The notes under the pieces were generated by a model, which worked only from the letters and a program-made list of their open reading frames with translations, searched no databases and was not told the DNA's origin. A DNA stretch of 24,033 nt, taken from the NCBI GenBank assembly GCA_043818055.1, contig JBDRGF010000102.1, positions 1 through 24,033 of the forward strand. The letters are read 5' to 3'. The DNA is from Pseudomonadota bacterium (GTDB taxonomy: Bacteria > UBA10199 > 2-02-FULL-44-16 > JBDRGF01). Shown piece by piece: positions 7,495-15,204 of the stretch (position 1 is its first letter; each line of letters opens with the position of its first letter). The translations under genes were made by a program, and so were the position numbers.

Positions 7495-9039
7495 TCATCT
7501 CTTCACATATGTCTTCACCAGCGGTTTGAAGGATGCGTTTGGCCAGAGGGCAAAATCCATTACACCCTTTTTCGAAACCGCGACATTTTTTTCGTACCAG
7601 AGCGGAATGTAGGGGAGATCTTCTAGTAAAATCTTCTGCACCTTTGCATATATCTTCTTCCGCTCGTTTTGATCCATCGTCACCCTGCCCTGCTCAACGA
7701 GTTTATCGACCGTGATATTGCTATAACGACCGCGGTTAACTCCATCCGGCGGAAAGCGGGATGAGTGACAGACATCGAAGAAAATATCAGGCTCGGTGAG
7801 ACCCACCCATGAGAGGGAATAGAGCTGGAAGTTGCCATTCTTCACGTCCCTGTAGAATGTTCCCCATTCATATGGCAATACCTCAATTTCGATTCCGACT
7901 TTGGCAAGCTGGTGCGCTATCATCCTTGCGATATCGATCCTCTCCTTTGATGTCGATGTCTTGAAGGTCAGTTTGAAACGCGGTTTATCGCCATCTCCAT
8001 CGGGATCTTTGAAGCCTGCCTCATCGAGAAGCTCCTTTGCGAGCTTTGGATCGTATTTGAGTTCTTTTAGACCAGATGGATATGACCAGTTGTCAGGAGA
8101 GATGATCGAGTTGGCCTTCACAGCGAGCCCCTGCCAGCGATGTTTGATGATCTCGTCGCGATCTATCGCGTGCGCTATCGCCTTTCTCACCGATACATTT
8201 TTGAGGATATCGTCGGTGAGGTTCATGCCGAGATAGCCGGCGACGATCCCTATCCCCTCTTTCACCTTCAGATTTTTATCCTCCCTCACTTTATCCAGAA
8301 GAAGCGGAGGGACTGCGTTCAGCACGAGATCGATGTCGCCCTTCATCAGTTTCAAAATTCTTATATTGTCATCCTTCACAACGACGAATTTGAGACCGGT
8401 CAAATCAGGGGTTCCCCCAAAATAATTAGGATTTTTCTTTAAAACTACATCCTGTTCAGGCGTGAAACTCTCTAAAATAAACGCGCCTGTCCCAACGGGA
8501 TGAGCGCCAAACGACTCTCCCAACTCCACGGCCTTGGCTTTCGGAACGATCCCGCGTGTGAGAAGTGTCAAAAATGGTGCGTATGGTTCTTTTAGTCTGA
8601 TGTTCAAGGCATACTTTCCATCGGGAGTCATCGATTCGACACGATCAAATACGGCTTTAAATGGGGAGAGGACATCGCCGTTTATTATTGAAGAATAGGT
8701 ATAGATGACATCGTCGGATGTGAGCTCTTCACCATTATGAAATTTCACCCCTTCTCTAAGTTCGAAGCGAAATTCGGTCGGGGAGATGAGGTCATACGAT
8801 TTGGCAAGCGAGGGGACAATCTCCATCTTCTCATTTCTGGCAAAGAGACCGTCGAAGATGAGCTGGTTTGCTATCTTGTCGCCATAAGCGTCCGTTGCCA
8901 TCCTTGGATCGAGGGTTGCTGGACTTGCCGGAATTGCGACTGTCAAGATACCGTCAACTGATGCCTTCTTTGAGCAGCCAACGCTTACGATCAATAGCAG
9001 CACTGATGATAATAATAAGAGTTGCTTCTTGAAATTCAT
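7495..9039 (-). CDS. ABC transporter substrate-binding lipoprotein, family 5 (OppA/DppA/NikA-like)
   Basis: Lipobox SVGC, TLDP, FELREGVKFHNG, PVGTGAF, VRKAIAHAIDR and LPYIPLW; GGAG RBS upstream. Confidence 0.92.
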   Translation of the reverse strand: MNFKKQLLLLSSVLLLIVSVGCSKKASVDGILTVAIPASPATLDPRMATDAYGDKIANQLIFDGLFARNEKMEIVPSLAKSYDLISPTEFRFELREGVKFHNGEELTSDDVIYTYSSIINGDVLSPFKAVFDRVESMTPDGKYALNIRLKEPYAPFLTLLTRGIVPKAKAVELGESFGAHPVGTGAFILESFTPEQDVVLKKNPNYFGGTPDLTGLKFVVVKDDNIRILKLMKGDIDLVLNAVPPLLLDKVREDKNLKVKEGIGIVAGYLGMNLTDDILKNVSVRKAIAHAIDRDEIIKHRWQGLAVKANSIISPDNWSYPSGLKELKYDPKLAKELLDEAGFKDPDGDGDKPRFKLTFKTSTSKERIDIARMIAHQLAKVGIEIEVLPYEWGTFYRDVKNGNFQLYSLSWVGLTEPDIFFDVCHSSRFPPDGVNRGRYSNITVDKLVEQGRVTMDQNERKKIYAKVQKILLEDLPYIPLWYEKNVAVSKKGVMDFALWPNASFKPLVKTYVKR

Positions 9040-9066
9040 GGTTCACTCCTATATAAGATGGTAATA

Positions 9067-9090
9067 GGGCGGTTCACGAACCGCCCCTAC
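9067..9090 (-). repeat. GTAG-family REP hairpin in the divergent promoter region
   Basis: GGGCGGTTC-AC-GAACCGCCC followed by CTAC. Confidence 0.85.
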
Positions 9091-9140
9091 GATAATGAGT
9101 AATTCGTTGGGGAATTTACGAACAAAAGATGGGGATGTCA

Positions 9141-10550
9141 ATGAAAGCAGTCTTACAAACTATCTCTTTTTTCATTTTTATCATAATTTCTGCAGCTGCG
9201 TTCGCGAATCCGATCGCGGATGAAAAAGTTGAGAGGATAATCAAAAAACACAGGATGATTCCATCGCAGACTTCGATCGCTGCCGCTTACATCGATGATA
9301 GTAGTGAGCTCATGTCCTACAATGAAGACTTAACACTCAATCCAGCCTCTGTGACGAAGCTCCTTACGACGACGGCGGCGCTGACAAAGCTCGGAACGAA
9401 TTACAGGTTTCTGACATGGATCGGCACCGACAAGTGGATCGCCGATGGAAAGATCCATAACCTCTATATCAAAGGTAGCGGAGATCCCAGTCTGGTCGTC
9501 GAGAATGCGTGGCGACTGGCTCAGATGGTAAAACTAGCCGGTGTAGACGAGATTACGGGGAAGGTGATCATCGACAATTCATTTTTCGACGGCAAGGAAT
9601 ATTCAAAACAGAATGGGGAAACAACACGAGCCTATGCCGCGTACACATCCCCCTTTGCTATCAACTTCAACACTATCCCGATTGGAATCAGAGCCGGCAA
9701 TGGGATGAATAAAACGCCTAAAGCCGGTGTGGATCTCCCCGGAAACTACGCCTCCATAAAAAATCTCGTAAAGAGGGGGAATAAATTCAGCGTCAGCGTT
9801 GAATCCGAGCTCAAGGGAGATAGGGAATTTTTGACAGTGAGGGGGACGCTTCCAGCTAAAATAAAAGAGCATCACATCTATAGAAAGGCTCTGAATCCTA
9901 CAAGCTTTTCAGCACGCACCTTCATCGCGCTCTTAAAACAAAACTCCGTCACTTTGAATGAGAGCTTCGAAGAGGGCACTGTTCCTCCAAATGCCTCGGA
10001 AATCATAACTTTTGAATCGGATCCTCTCTCTCTGATCATCCAGCAGATGAACAAATTTTCAAATAACTTTACAGCCGAGCAGATAACAAAACATCTCGGC
10101 GCGGTTTTTGTTGGAGAACCCGGGACGACTGAAAACGGCATCTCGGTTATCAAATCGACGCTCGGAAAAATCGGCATCAAAGATGGAGAATATTTTTTGG
10201 AAAATGGTTCGGGGCTTTCAACCAAAAACCGGATTTCCGCATCCCAGATCGTAAAAATCATAAAATATCTTCAGGACGAATTTTCAATCGGACCTGAGGC
10301 CTTTGCATCGCTTCCCATCTCGGGAACGGATGGAACGCTCAACGGCTGGAGCGGATGGAAAGAGATCAAAAAGATGATGCGTGCCAAGACAGGGACGCTG
10401 AACGGCGTGATATCACTCGGCGGCATAACGACTGACAGGCAAGGCAGATTGATCGCCTTTGGAATATTGACGGAGCTTCCGGCAGGAAGAGAGCTTGACG
10501 CGAAGAGGATGCAGCTCGATCTTATTAAAATGATGATAAAAAACAATTAA
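9141..10550 (+). CDS. dacB: D-alanyl-D-alanine carboxypeptidase/endopeptidase (PBP4, peptidase S13)
   Basis: Signal peptide ending AAFA; SxxK (PASVTK), GSGDP, SxN (SNN), ENGSGLS and KTGTL. The start could also be 9129 or 9135. Confidence 0.92.
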   Translation: MKAVLQTISFFIFIIISAAAFANPIADEKVERIIKKHRMIPSQTSIAAAYIDDSSELMSYNEDLTLNPASVTKLLTTTAALTKLGTNYRFLTWIGTDKWIADGKIHNLYIKGSGDPSLVVENAWRLAQMVKLAGVDEITGKVIIDNSFFDGKEYSKQNGETTRAYAAYTSPFAINFNTIPIGIRAGNGMNKTPKAGVDLPGNYASIKNLVKRGNKFSVSVESELKGDREFLTVRGTLPAKIKEHHIYRKALNPTSFSARTFIALLKQNSVTLNESFEEGTVPPNASEIITFESDPLSLIIQQMNKFSNNFTAEQITKHLGAVFVGEPGTTENGISVIKSTLGKIGIKDGEYFLENGSGLSTKNRISASQIVKIIKYLQDEFSIGPEAFASLPISGTDGTLNGWSGWKEIKKMMRAKTGTLNGVISLGGITTDRQGRLIAFGILTELPAGRELDAKRMQLDLIKMMIKNN

Positions 10551-10653
10551 CAATACAAAATTAACAATTAACAATTATTGGAAATTGGATATTGTGAATT
10601 GGATATTGTTTGTTGGTTATTGTTAATTGGTTATTGTTAATTGTAAATTGCTT
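10542..10653. repeat. Opposed heptamer arrays: (AACAATT-like)x5 then (ATTGNNN)x11
   Basis: Units counted directly at 10542-10576 and 10577-10653; the two arrays are mutually complementary. Confidence 0.9.
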
Positions 10654-10656
10654 TAT

Positions 10657-12207
10657 ATGAATTCAACTAATAAAATTATAAACGTCTTTCTCGTAATTGC
10701 TGTTACGCTTGGCGTGATTTGTCTTGTGTTCATCTATCTGCCGGACACATTGAGCAGCCATAAGCTGTTGCCGAAGGAAAATACTACACCTGAATCATTC
10801 TATCTGCTGCCTCCGATTGAAAAGAATGTTCAGAAGGAAGAACCAAAGATTAAAATCATCGGCACCTACGCAAAATTCACACCTAAGAAATTGAAAGTAA
10901 AAAGAGAGGACGTCGAGTCTAAGACACAGGGCTGGCTCACCGTGCCGGATGGCATCAAAGATGAATTTAATTTCTGGCTGAAAATTTATTCAAAATACAG
11001 CTCGGATGAGATCGTTCTACATGACACCAAATACATGCACGTCATATATGGAGTCGTCTCTATCAGCGATATCGTGAACAACGAATGGCTGACAGATGAA
11101 CAAAAAAAGACAGAAACAAAAAAGAGGATTGAAGCCTCAAAAGATCTCATCAGAGATACGTTAACGCTCCTCGATAAAAATCCGACGACAGAAGAGCTCA
11201 CGCCAAAGGAGAGAAGGATTCGCTTTCTCTTTTCCAGAATCGATGAGCCAAAAAAATACAAAAACGCCCTCGGGGGAAACAGGCTGAGGGCGCAGGTGGG
11301 GCAGCGGGATAAATTTGCCGAAGCGATCAAGCTCTCGGGAGAGCACTTCGATAAAATTGAGAAAATATTCAAAAATTACAATCTTCCAAAAGAGTTGACG
11401 AGACTCATTTTCGTCGAATCGATGTTTGTTATCGAGGCTCAATCATTTGTCGGGGCGCTGGGCCTTTGGCAGTTTATGGAGAACACCGGCAAGATATATC
11501 TCAACATGAACAGCTACGTCGATGAACGCCTCGATCCATACAAAGCAGCACATGCCGCCGCACAACTGCTGCTCGATAATTACGAATACGTGGGAATGAG
11601 CTGGCCGCTGGCCATCAACGCGTATAACGCCGGCAAGGGCAGACTTAGAGACGCAAGGAATAGGCTCGGGACATCTGACATTTCGACTATAATAAAAAAA
11701 TACGACCATCCGGCATACGGATTTGCCGCGCGCAACTTCTTCCCTGAATTTCTGGCGGCTGTCGAAGCGTATAAAAACTATCCTCTCTATTTTGGTGAAA
11801 TCGAAAAACTCCCTCCCCTTGAATATGATATCGTCGAGCTCAACTATCATATCATGCTGCCGGAGGTGCTCCCTTTGACACAGATAGATCCTGAAACTAT
11901 CAAGAAGCTCAACCCCGCCCTTTCAAATCATGTCATGACAGGGGAACTATATCTACCGAAGGGATTCAAGCTCAGAATACCCAAAGGGAAAAGCGATCTC
12001 TTTCTCGCCCTATGCGCCAGAGCTGCAAAGAGTCATCTGGGAGAATTTTATCACAGGGTTTACAAGGGGGATAACCTTCAAAACCTCTCGAGGCTCTTTG
12101 GAATCACGCCGGAGGATATAAAGATTGCGAACAATTTGAAGGGTTCGGCCCTGAGGCCAGGGCAGTTGCTGGTAATACCGGTGGGAGACTCCACAACCGA
12201 AAATTAA
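10657..12207 (+). CDS. mltD: Membrane-anchored lytic murein transglycosylase with C-terminal LysM (MltD-like)
   Basis: N-terminal TM segment, SLT motifs FVES / GALGLWQFM / AYNAG, and LysM HRVYKGDNL...LRPGQLLVIP. Start set at ATG 10657. Confidence 0.85.
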   Translation: MNSTNKIINVFLVIAVTLGVICLVFIYLPDTLSSHKLLPKENTTPESFYLLPPIEKNVQKEEPKIKIIGTYAKFTPKKLKVKREDVESKTQGWLTVPDGIKDEFNFWLKIYSKYSSDEIVLHDTKYMHVIYGVVSISDIVNNEWLTDEQKKTETKKRIEASKDLIRDTLTLLDKNPTTEELTPKERRIRFLFSRIDEPKKYKNALGGNRLRAQVGQRDKFAEAIKLSGEHFDKIEKIFKNYNLPKELTRLIFVESMFVIEAQSFVGALGLWQFMENTGKIYLNMNSYVDERLDPYKAAHAAAQLLLDNYEYVGMSWPLAINAYNAGKGRLRDARNRLGTSDISTIIKKYDHPAYGFAARNFFPEFLAAVEAYKNYPLYFGEIEKLPPLEYDIVELNYHIMLPEVLPLTQIDPETIKKLNPALSNHVMTGELYLPKGFKLRIPKGKSDLFLALCARAAKSHLGEFYHRVYKGDNLQNLSRLFGITPEDIKIANNLKGSALRPGQLLVIPVGDSTTEN

Positions 12208-12245
12208 GATTGAATCATGTCACAAGCTGTGTTAGGTGCTCAAAA

Positions 12246-12575
12246 ATGAAAAAAATAATTTTAATAATAGTACTCATCCTGCTTCCAACGTTTACCCTCC
12301 AGGGCTGCGCGCGGGCTCCAAAGAAATCGACTGCCGAACGTGTGATTTTAAAATACTACAAGAAGTATGGGAAGAAGTATCCTGAGACGATCTATGGCCA
12401 ATATCCTGTCAAAGAGGTGGAGGTCACAGAATCTCACGAGATCCACAAACACATGATCGAGGCGACCGCCTTCATAACATTCAAAAACGACGAGCTGAAA
12501 AGGGTATCAGTCACAATCGAGCGCCCTAACTACTGGTGGAAAGTCGTGTCGTGGGAAGATCTGGCAAGACAATAA
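12246..12575 (+). CDS. Small basic lipoprotein, function unknown
   Basis: MKK, hydrophobic stretch and lipobox LQGC; AGGTG upstream of ATG 12246. Confidence 0.75.
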   Translation: MKKIILIIVLILLPTFTLQGCARAPKKSTAERVILKYYKKYGKKYPETIYGQYPVKEVEVTESHEIHKHMIEATAFITFKNDELKRVSVTIERPNYWWKVVSWEDLARQ

Positions 12576-12579
12576 AAGG

Positions 12580-12614
12580 CAATTTACAATACAAAATTTA
12601 CAATTTTCAATAAA
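12580..12614. repeat. (CAATWWW-like)x5 heptamer array
   Basis: caattta-caataca-aaattta-caatttt-caataaa, co-linear with the array at 10544-10578. Confidence 0.75.
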
Positions 12615-12653
12615 GGATCTTGATTTTTCAATCTCTTAGGATCCTTCGCTAAC

Positions 12654-12784
12654 GAGACTGTGTCGTAATTGGTTTTTGGTGTCATCCTGAACGAAGTGAA
12701 GGATTTTAAGTGTCCGAAATAACAAGATTCTTCGCTTCGCTCAGAATGACATTATACGCAAAATATGAATTGCGACACAGTCTC
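12654..12784. mobile_element. 131-bp non-autonomous MITE with 17-bp TIRs and a TAAC target-site duplication
   Basis: GAGACTGTGTCGTAATT (12654-12670) / AATTGCGACACAGTCTC (12768-12784), 16/17 match; TAAC at 12650-12653 and 12785-12788. Confidence 0.85.
12680..12751. repeat. GTCATCCTGA...TCAGAATGAC palindromic repeat inside the MITE
   Basis: 28-bp arms at 12680-12707 and 12724-12751 with 5 mismatches, all transitions. A second, interrupted copy spans 12613-12653 plus 12789-12800. Confidence 0.85.
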
Positions 12785-14385
12785 TAACGCTCAGGATGAC
12801 AATCTAGGACTTTGTCAGCAATCTGATTAATTGTTTTTTTGTGATTGGTTATAATTAGAATTCCCACACACATCAGAAAATAAATCAAAAACACCTGCCA
12901 CAATGTCGTTTGGACTTCGAATACTGCGAATGAGAATTGATGGGAAAAGAACTCTGCGATTGATATTAGGATCGAAGAGAAGAGGTTTGATAGACTAAAG
13001 GCATGAATAGATAGCGGCTCGTATATGAAGGATAGCAGCGCGCCTGAGATGAGGGTTGGGAGGAGTAGAAAGGCTGTGAGGGGAACGGCTACAATGTTCG
13101 TAAGCAACCCGGCGGCTGAAAATGTCTTGAAATAATAGCTTGTGATGGGGGATGTCCCCGCAATTGCCGCAGCGCTTATCACAAGGGAAGATACGAAATA
13201 TTTCCAAATGCCCTTTCCCTGAAAGAAGTTTAAAAAGATTCGCATCGCTATGAGTATTGAAATAACAGCGACAACAGATAGTTGAAAAGAGACGGAAAAT
13301 AGCGAGAGCGGATCGATGATCAATATTGCAAAGACGGCCAGCGCAACTGAATCAACAACATTCTTCTTTCTCCACAAAATTGTACCGAGGAGATACACTG
13401 AGAGCATCAATGCTGCTCTTATGCCGGATATCGGAAAGCCGGCCAGAGCAAGATATAGCCACATCAATGGAATTGCCACAGCCCCTTCAAGTATTTGGCG
13501 TGGCACAACGAGATATAATGATGGAAAATTTATCACAAAGGCCCTCATCAAAATTACCAGGAAGGCAATCATCAGCCCTACGTGAAGTCCCGATATCGCG
13601 ATAAGATGTGCTACGCCCGCCCTTGAAAAGGCATCTCTTGTGCTCTGAGATATGTCGCTTCTATCACCTAGTAAAATAGCTTTGGATAAAGCAATTGAGT
13701 CTGCATCACCCGATTGTGATATTAGACTCGATAATTTAGAGCGCAGCCTGACGATGTAAGATGCTTTATCATCAATAGATGTGAGCTGCGATGGATATTG
13801 AATCCAGCCCGATCGTCCCACCCCTCGTGTCTCCAAAAATGTTTTAAATGAACCGGCAGGTAAATACGATTTAAATCGTGCTTTTAATTTTTCACCTGCA
13901 ATCACCCTTTTCTTAAAAGGCATGTAGATCCGAACCCTTCCGCTCGCCCTGCTCCATTCATCTGCATTTACAAGACAACTATCGAGCTTCATCTCTAAAT
14001 AAAAATTTTTTCTACCCTGTTGTTGTGGGGTTACGGCGGTTCCCTTACAGGTGTAATATTTGCTATTTTGAAGCGCTGCACCTTCGATACTTACATCGTA
14101 GCTTCGTGTCATGCTGTAATTGGCGAGTGTAATACCGAGGAGAAGAATGGATAAGAAACAAAAAAGACGGGCAGGTTTAAAACCTGCCCCTACAAAAATT
14201 AGTGATAGAACAAATCCGATTGCGGAATATATGTAATGAAAGTGAAGGAGATAGAAGCCGCTAGCTAGCCCGGCTATGAGCGTCAGGGAGTAGTTTACGA
14301 GTGGGTACTCTCTCAAGAGTCTCTTCAATTTGCGCGACCATAGACTGTGCAACCGCTCTGATGCCATCGTTCTTGTTCGTAACAT
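12784..14385 (-). CDS. comEC: ComEC/Rec2 DNA uptake channel, without the C-terminal metallo-beta-lactamase domain
   Basis: ILLGDRS, AGVAHLIAISGLHVG, SGIRA, SVSFQLS and NIVAVP with multiple TM helices. True start uncertain, probably a TTG near 14316-14328. Confidence 0.9.
   Translation of the reverse strand: MLRTRTMASERLHSLWSRKLKRLLREYPLVNYSLTLIAGLASGFYLLHFHYIYSAIGFVLSLIFVGAGFKPARLFCFLSILLLGITLANYSMTRSYDVSIEGAALQNSKYYTCKGTAVTPQQQGRKNFYLEMKLDSCLVNADEWSRASGRVRIYMPFKKRVIAGEKLKARFKSYLPAGSFKTFLETRGVGRSGWIQYPSQLTSIDDKASYIVRLRSKLSSLISQSGDADSIALSKAILLGDRSDISQSTRDAFSRAGVAHLIAISGLHVGLMIAFLVILMRAFVINFPSLYLVVPRQILEGAVAIPLMWLYLALAGFPISGIRAALMLSVYLLGTILWRKKNVVDSVALAVFAILIIDPLSLFSVSFQLSVVAVISILIAMRIFLNFFQGKGIWKYFVSSLVISAAAIAGTSPITSYYFKTFSAAGLLTNIVAVPLTAFLLLPTLISGALLSFIYEPLSIHAFSLSNLFSSILISIAEFFSHQFSFAVFEVQTTLWQVFLIYFLMCVGILIITNHKKTINQIADKVLDCHPER
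14169..14193 (-). repeat. GTAG REP hairpin in frame inside comEC
   Basis: GGGCAGGTTT-A-AAACCTGCCC plus CTAC, with the same AAGAC / AAAA flanks as the intergenic copies; encodes VGAGFKPA. Confidence 0.85.
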
Positions 14386-14902
14386 TCTTGCTTTGAATAA
14401 TCCAGCAGAGTTTGTTCTTCATGCCCTCAAGATAGAGCTTCGCTTTTTCGGTCGGCCTTGAGCTATACAGGGTCAAAAGCTTCTTCACCTCGATATTGTT
14501 GAGCCAGAATGAGCCGTCGCTATTGCACTCAACGCGAACTCCGCCTGTAATCTCGCCATATATATTGGCGAGTCGTATGCCGACCTTCTCCTGAAGACCT
14601 AATACGGTATTATTGAACTTCTCGTGGCTTTTGACACCCTGATCCCAGACGAAGTTTCTGTAGTCCTGCAGGGCCAGAAAGATGTTGGAGAGCAGAGATA
14701 TATCATGTGGGTATGAATTTACCAGATCGTCAACATCCTCGTCATTGATATGAATCCTCCCTCCCTTATAGCTCCAGCGTTCCTGCGAATTATAGTTGTA
14801 GGTTAGATGCGGATCGAAGATCTCGCCCGGGGAGCTCTTCTCTCCAGAACGCCTTTTATCCTTTCTTTTTAACCCTATGTACCTTTCAATTCTTTTGATC
14901 AT
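14261..14902 (-). CDS. Hypothetical protein (213 aa)
   Basis: ORF with GGAGAG upstream, a sigma54 motif about 95 nt upstream, and overlap with the comEC 5' end. Confidence 0.75.
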   Translation of the reverse strand: MIKRIERYIGLKRKDKRRSGEKSSPGEIFDPHLTYNYNSQERWSYKGGRIHINDEDVDDLVNSYPHDISLLSNIFLALQDYRNFVWDQGVKSHEKFNNTVLGLQEKVGIRLANIYGEITGGVRVECNSDGSFWLNNIEVKKLLTLYSSRPTEKAKLYLEGMKNKLCWIIQSKNVTNKNDGIRAVAQSMVAQIEETLERVPTRKLLPDAHSRAS

Positions 14903-14995
14903 GGTAAGAGCTCTCCAGTTTATGTATCGGCAAGGTGTAACCCCAAAGTTGCTTGAAATTGCTATTTTTTTCCAAAGTCACCAGGCCAATTTTAC

Positions 14996-15012
14996 AGCAA
15001 GATCGATGCCAG
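14996..15012 (-). promoter_or_regulatory. Putative sigma54 promoter for the orphan-comEC unit
   Basis: CTGGCATCGATCTTGCT: TGGCA-N6-TTGCT with GG-N10-GC spacing. Confidence 0.7.
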
Positions 15013-15023
15013 AAAGACAAGAT

Positions 15024-15141
15024 CGCATGTGGCATGTAGCATGTGGTATGTAGTAAAAAAAACCACCCCCATCCGGCCAAAAAACTTACCCCCATCCGGC
15101 CTCCGGCCACCTTCCCCCTGAGGGGGAAGGGCTTGGCTTTT
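15024..15141. repeat. (YATGTRG)x4 array plus double-hairpin element with a duplicated 5' part
   Basis: Array at 15026-15053; ACCCCCATCCGGCC at 15065-15078 and again from 15088; 15107-15141 matches 7425-7459. Confidence 0.85.
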
Positions 15142-15154
15142 GTGATTTTTGTGT

Positions 15155-15186
15155 AAAAAAAAGCCCCTTTTGAAAGGGGCTTTTTT
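15155..15186 (-). terminator. Rho-independent terminator of the large lipoprotein gene (symmetric, could act both ways)
   Basis: A8-GCCCCTTT-TG-AAAGGGGC-T6, about 18 nt after the stop at 15205. Confidence 0.9.
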
Positions 15187-15204
15187 CAGAAACAATATCC
15201 AGCA

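Noticed and set aside
14886..15195. Short ORFs 14886..15110 and 14992..15195, and likewise 7167..7376 and 5429..5614
   Set aside because: They are read-throughs of repeat and terminator sequence; their mutual similarity reflects the DNA repeat.
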